Shown in pieces: positions 61,501 through 64,000 of a DNA stretch of 64,000 nt (position 1 is the stretch's first letter; each line of letters starts with the position of its first letter). Location of the stretch: the IMG/VR virus record IMGVR_UViG_3300029305_005724, positions 64,001 through 128,000 of that record; one strand, given 5' to 3'. This DNA comes from a virus (lineage: Duplodnaviria; Caudoviricetes). The notes under the pieces were generated by a model. The model did no database searches. It was not told the origin of the DNA and was given only the letters and a program-made list of their open reading frames with translations. The translations under genes and the position numbers were made by a program.

Positions 61501-62390
61501 CTAAAAGACCTGAGGAGAATATTGATTTTGTTGAGAAATTTGTAAGAATATTAGTATCTAAATATTCAGAAGAAAATGTAGCACTATTGGATAAATTTAC
61601 AAATGTTTTGGTATCTGTCAATCCAGATATTAGGGTTAAACTTATTGAAAATTTATCAAATGTGCTTATACGTAAAAATCCTGAAGAAGATATTAATCTT
61701 AATGAATCATTTGATGATATGCATGTGGATATAAGTAAAGATGAGAATATTGAATTGCTTTCTAGCCAATTGGCCAAATTCTTAATCACAATCACTCCTA
61801 TTGAACGTGTATATCTAATGGAGAATATTGCAGAAATTATTATTAGCAAGGCTCCTGAAGAAAAGATAAGTTTCTTTGAGAAACTCTATTTTGATATTTC
61901 AACCTTTGTGTATTTCGATGGTCTACCTGGAGATAACCATAGGGATGCTCTTTCAGAATCTGTACAGCTTTTAGAGGATCTTGTTCAAATTTATTCATAT
62001 ATTGAGAAAGATGACAGTATAATGCATATAAAAGATGTATTTGCCACTCGTATAACTCATACGGCTTATAAGTCTGGACTTAAGATTACTGATAGTGTAT
62101 ATATGAGCAACGATGATATTTATGAAGAAAAGGTCAAAATTGCTGAAATGATTGCTTCTATCGGCATAAACATTCAGCTAAAAACTATCATTAATTCTTC
62201 TATAGTTGCTGCAAATGACAAGAAGGATTTGTATGATATTATGAATGACTATATCTTTGCTATTGTAAGTAGCGATCATAGAAATGATGCTATTCATTTG
62301 ATTGATTGTCTTGCAGTAAATGCTTCTTCTAAGAAATCTGATAATATAGGTATCTATGATAAGCTTTGGATTTATAACTCTATAGCTTAA
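58593..62390 (+). CDS. Large baseplate (wedge-like) structural protein
   Basis: ~1265 aa; FESYGVPFF...LLKYKST segment resembles baseplate wedge proteins; repetitive C-terminus. Confidence 0.55.
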   Translation: MSFEISKIYTDNPYVDELVYYTKLLGIGTVLKMQDQADAAETVSSLKNAELYISCLEGTAIMEVFPNDALVMREALNKVGMTSGGDFGSYVANKQNFIDDYRKGRISKEDYEKVTQYHRDYYINNYEEENNYYRMLHGLPNFPVKTPTEFDDYVEDDLAMLIPEDVFDNAFITFQLESSFGGVTKHLGPIHRMNDSEIAILNQYGVIEEMIKLKPTTRQYMKYLGDKKIDYYLARKAYRFDPLYIPTIESDEVYRMYKDKLDSNKFYVLRTVYSEAFKYGSDYYDNFIAALIVIITMVDIISRVHEFIARKEIFDIRSVEYIFESYGVPFFEEIPLKYQTAMVKNIHTLLKYKSTSKCMIDICSLFGFENIQIFKYYLLRDRKTNPDGSYFYSTNEDGDLTHDPTEEYELRFIKVPLEDDFDQYSQVSTNYLDYDEVVNQDSKWNGGADHNELVKSILKEEFNVVKTKYMSIDTVYDVTKMSVQQSYFFNMLYDSLKYETSIKLQVPFIDTAKEFEVADLFTLLTVLTYLTNNIEDIIMDTSSKILYVNGFNFKADLAALASEIANKENYGTSELSSFQKPVSSIPSFSKMMDMYVNNMSVRDTLIEGMKNADNLTIYKIYKALYDSLMTVRYTTNYFKINPVEVDVASGKLITSQDRIINPVEDPDRLITDASIISSIRNGSYAGSDYWESNGNYYYYYFEDTDNGRVYYDYYRNEKGVYCDYYRETIDGERVPTYKAYLEAKEFAIYGVIAQALSYTDENSKNQYIATVIDSVVYAMEEYIDSDQFQALFANLPAMGSESVKRYISLVIDFYKSYKVDFLGLNTIYTMDDKHEGLIKIIDDMRINAIFDRPEFINIWEKFGNAIVGTTKDEKLKLLEKLYFDIFTFVYFDGQVGDNHRDMLVDDTRVIKRGKNIGTTIVSEKIHDINIFFEKEEVIKLLTDKFANLLVSVNPKLRVELVEALVKVLITKRPEENIDFVEKFVRILVSKYSEENVALLDKFTNVLVSVNPDIRVKLIENLSNVLIRKNPEEDINLNESFDDMHVDISKDENIELLSSQLAKFLITITPIERVYLMENIAEIIISKAPEEKISFFEKLYFDISTFVYFDGLPGDNHRDALSESVQLLEDLVQIYSYIEKDDSIMHIKDVFATRITHTAYKSGLKITDSVYMSNDDIYEEKVKIAEMIASIGINIQLKTIINSSIVAANDKKDLYDIMNDYIFAIVSSDHRNDAIHLIDCLAVNASSKKSDNIGIYDKLWIYNSIA

Positions 62391-62484
62391 TTTTCTATTC
62401 TTAAAGAAGCATAATTCAAACATATAATTAAACTATTTAACGACGGTTTACAACACATGATGAAAATATAAGGAGGCTCTTGCT

Positions 62485-63360
62485 ATGAATAATACAGTGA
62501 AAAGCTTATATGATGGGTTGGATACAAGAGACCAACTCAACAGACGCCATTCAGCATTCGATACTTCTATCGATGTAAGAAATTCTGAAACTGGTGAATA
62601 TATTTTTAAAGGTTTGAGAAATAAAGTAATTCTTCCTGGTTCTGGTCTTATTGCACACAAGCTATTTGATATTTTCAATAGTGATGATACTGCTAAGCCC
62701 GAAGAGGAGATTACTGTTTCTTATGACAAGGCGATGGCTTCTATCATGAAGTATACTGGTTCCGAAACCGCTCATGATGAGGAAGACACTGTTGCAAATG
62801 CTAATAACCACAAGGTTCTTCTGTTCTGCTGTGGAACAGATGGATGTAATGGTGAAAGCTTTACCGTAAATCCTGTATCTTATAAGATGTGGACAAAGCC
62901 TGAAGCTCTTGTTCCTTTCAGATGCAGCACTGATGATATCGATAGTTCTCTTAGAGATACCTATTTTGGTCGTTGCGAGCAGACTATTGGATCTAAGAAT
63001 TATAAGACATACTACTTCAAGAAGTTTGATCAGGCTCCTGTTCTTAAGCAACAGTACGTAAATGGTGACGAAATCACTAGTTACGATTATAGCGATGCTA
63101 CTGAGCAGGAAGTTGAAACTTTTGTAGAACTTAGCCTTAAGATTACTAAGGAAGATATCAGAGAGTACTTTATTGCTACGACTGGTATTGAGGGCGCAAA
63201 GATTAATACTATTTCTCTTTGTAGCGCATATCCTGTTAAGGGAAGTGATGGTTATACTTATTATAAGGATATCCGTCCGCTTACTAAGCTTAACTTCCCC
63301 AGCGAGTCTCTTATCGATACTTCTAAGGGTATTGATATTATCTATCACATCTACATGTAA
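62485..63360 (+). CDS. Baseplate/tail-fibre attachment structural protein
   Basis: NKVILPG N-terminus and IDIIYHIY C-terminus; promoter at 62419-62430; terminator at 63369-63404. Confidence 0.55.
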   Translation: MNNTVKSLYDGLDTRDQLNRRHSAFDTSIDVRNSETGEYIFKGLRNKVILPGSGLIAHKLFDIFNSDDTAKPEEEITVSYDKAMASIMKYTGSETAHDEEDTVANANNHKVLLFCCGTDGCNGESFTVNPVSYKMWTKPEALVPFRCSTDDIDSSLRDTYFGRCEQTIGSKNYKTYYFKKFDQAPVLKQQYVNGDEITSYDYSDATEQEVETFVELSLKITKEDIREYFIATTGIEGAKINTISLCSAYPVKGSDGYTYYKDIRPLTKLNFPSESLIDTSKGIDIIYHIYM

Positions 63361-63464
63361 TATAATTTCCCAGATGAGTCGAATGGCTCATCTGGGGTTA
63401 TTTTAAGATTATATGCATACTTACATCAAGATAATATGAATTTTCAAGGAAAGGAGATTTCTTT

Positions 63465-64000
63465 ATGGGTTCATTAAATATTGAAGAAATGAGTCGAGAA
63501 GACCTTATTGAATATATAAAAATGCTAGATGCTGATTTGGATAAAGAAAAAGCTTTAAGATCTAAAGAGGCTGAAGATTATAAAGCTCTTGAAGAAGAGT
63601 ATGAAAAAGAAATAGCAGAATTGCACCGAAGTTTGACTCAAGCTAATGGAAAAATAATATCCCAGAATATCACGCTTGAGTCTTATAAAAGTAAAATGGG
63701 AATACCATTGATTATTGAGGGATCGGAAAAAGATTTGTATACAGATGAACAAAAAGAGTTTTTAATTTCTTTAGTAGCTAATGCTATGAATAGTTATGAA
63801 AAATTTACAAGACCATATAAAATATGTGAATCTATATTAAATGCAAATCACTCATCTAAACGAAAAGATGAACTTAAGGAAGCTCTCACTACTATATTTA
63901 GTTCATATGTGCGAATTGATAGTAAAGTTCATCAGGCTGTACATACATTAGGAATGAAACTAACCGATTGCGGTAATGGTCATTATAAATTATCGTTTAT
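63465..64000 (+). CDS. Coiled-coil protein, truncated by the window end
   Basis: GAAAGGAG RBS; MGSLNIEEMSREDL... stays open to the end of the window. Confidence 0.7.
   Translation, partial: MGSLNIEEMSREDLIEYIKMLDADLDKEKALRSKEAEDYKALEEEYEKEIAELHRSLTQANGKIISQNITLESYKSKMGIPLIIEGSEKDLYTDEQKEFLISLVANAMNSYEKFTRPYKICESILNANHSSKRKDELKEALTTIFSSYVRIDSKVHQAVHTLGMKLTDCGNGHYKLSF

Noticed and set aside
1-64000. tRNA genes, diversity-generating retroelement, chimallin or tubulin
   Set aside because: No cloverleaf or T-loop consensus seen, no reverse transcriptase or template/variable repeat pair, and no recognisable ChmA or PhuZ motifs in this window

Overview
A 64 kb AT-rich segment of a jumbo myophage genome resembling the AR9/PBS1 and phiKZ-related phages. 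The strong GGAGG Shine-Dalgarno (SD) sites suggest a Bacillota host (inference). It encodes tail tube and sheath, paralogous fibre proteins, two RNA polymerase beta-prime fragments, a split family-B DNA polymerase and an SF2 helicase. It also carries the terminase, a T4 gp21-like prohead protease, the major capsid protein, head proteins with repeated (L/I/V/F/M)-x-E-(S/A) sites, a DHH phosphoesterase, a putative SSB, a chaperonin, a dNMP kinase, ThyX, RNase H, a kinase-like protein and baseplate proteins. Two phage promoter classes can be read from the intergenic DNA: AAC(A/T/G)-N6-T(A/G) (over 20 copies, AR9 late-like) and TR-N5-ATATTATA-N4-TGA (6 copies, early-like). The most notable unexplained features are: (1) three small promoter-to-terminator units carrying single-stranded anti-SD (two also anti-AUG) tracts, which are candidate translation-silencing sRNAs; (2) a ~350 nt multi-hairpin ncRNA divergent from the protease and terminase genes; (3) a ~260 nt structured leader with a perfect anti-RBS; (4) a short motif, approximately (L/F/M)-(I/Y)-x-P-M-x-F, at the termini of unrelated proteins including the RNAP subunit and helicase. 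All calls come from reading motifs by eye; no searches or folding programs were run.
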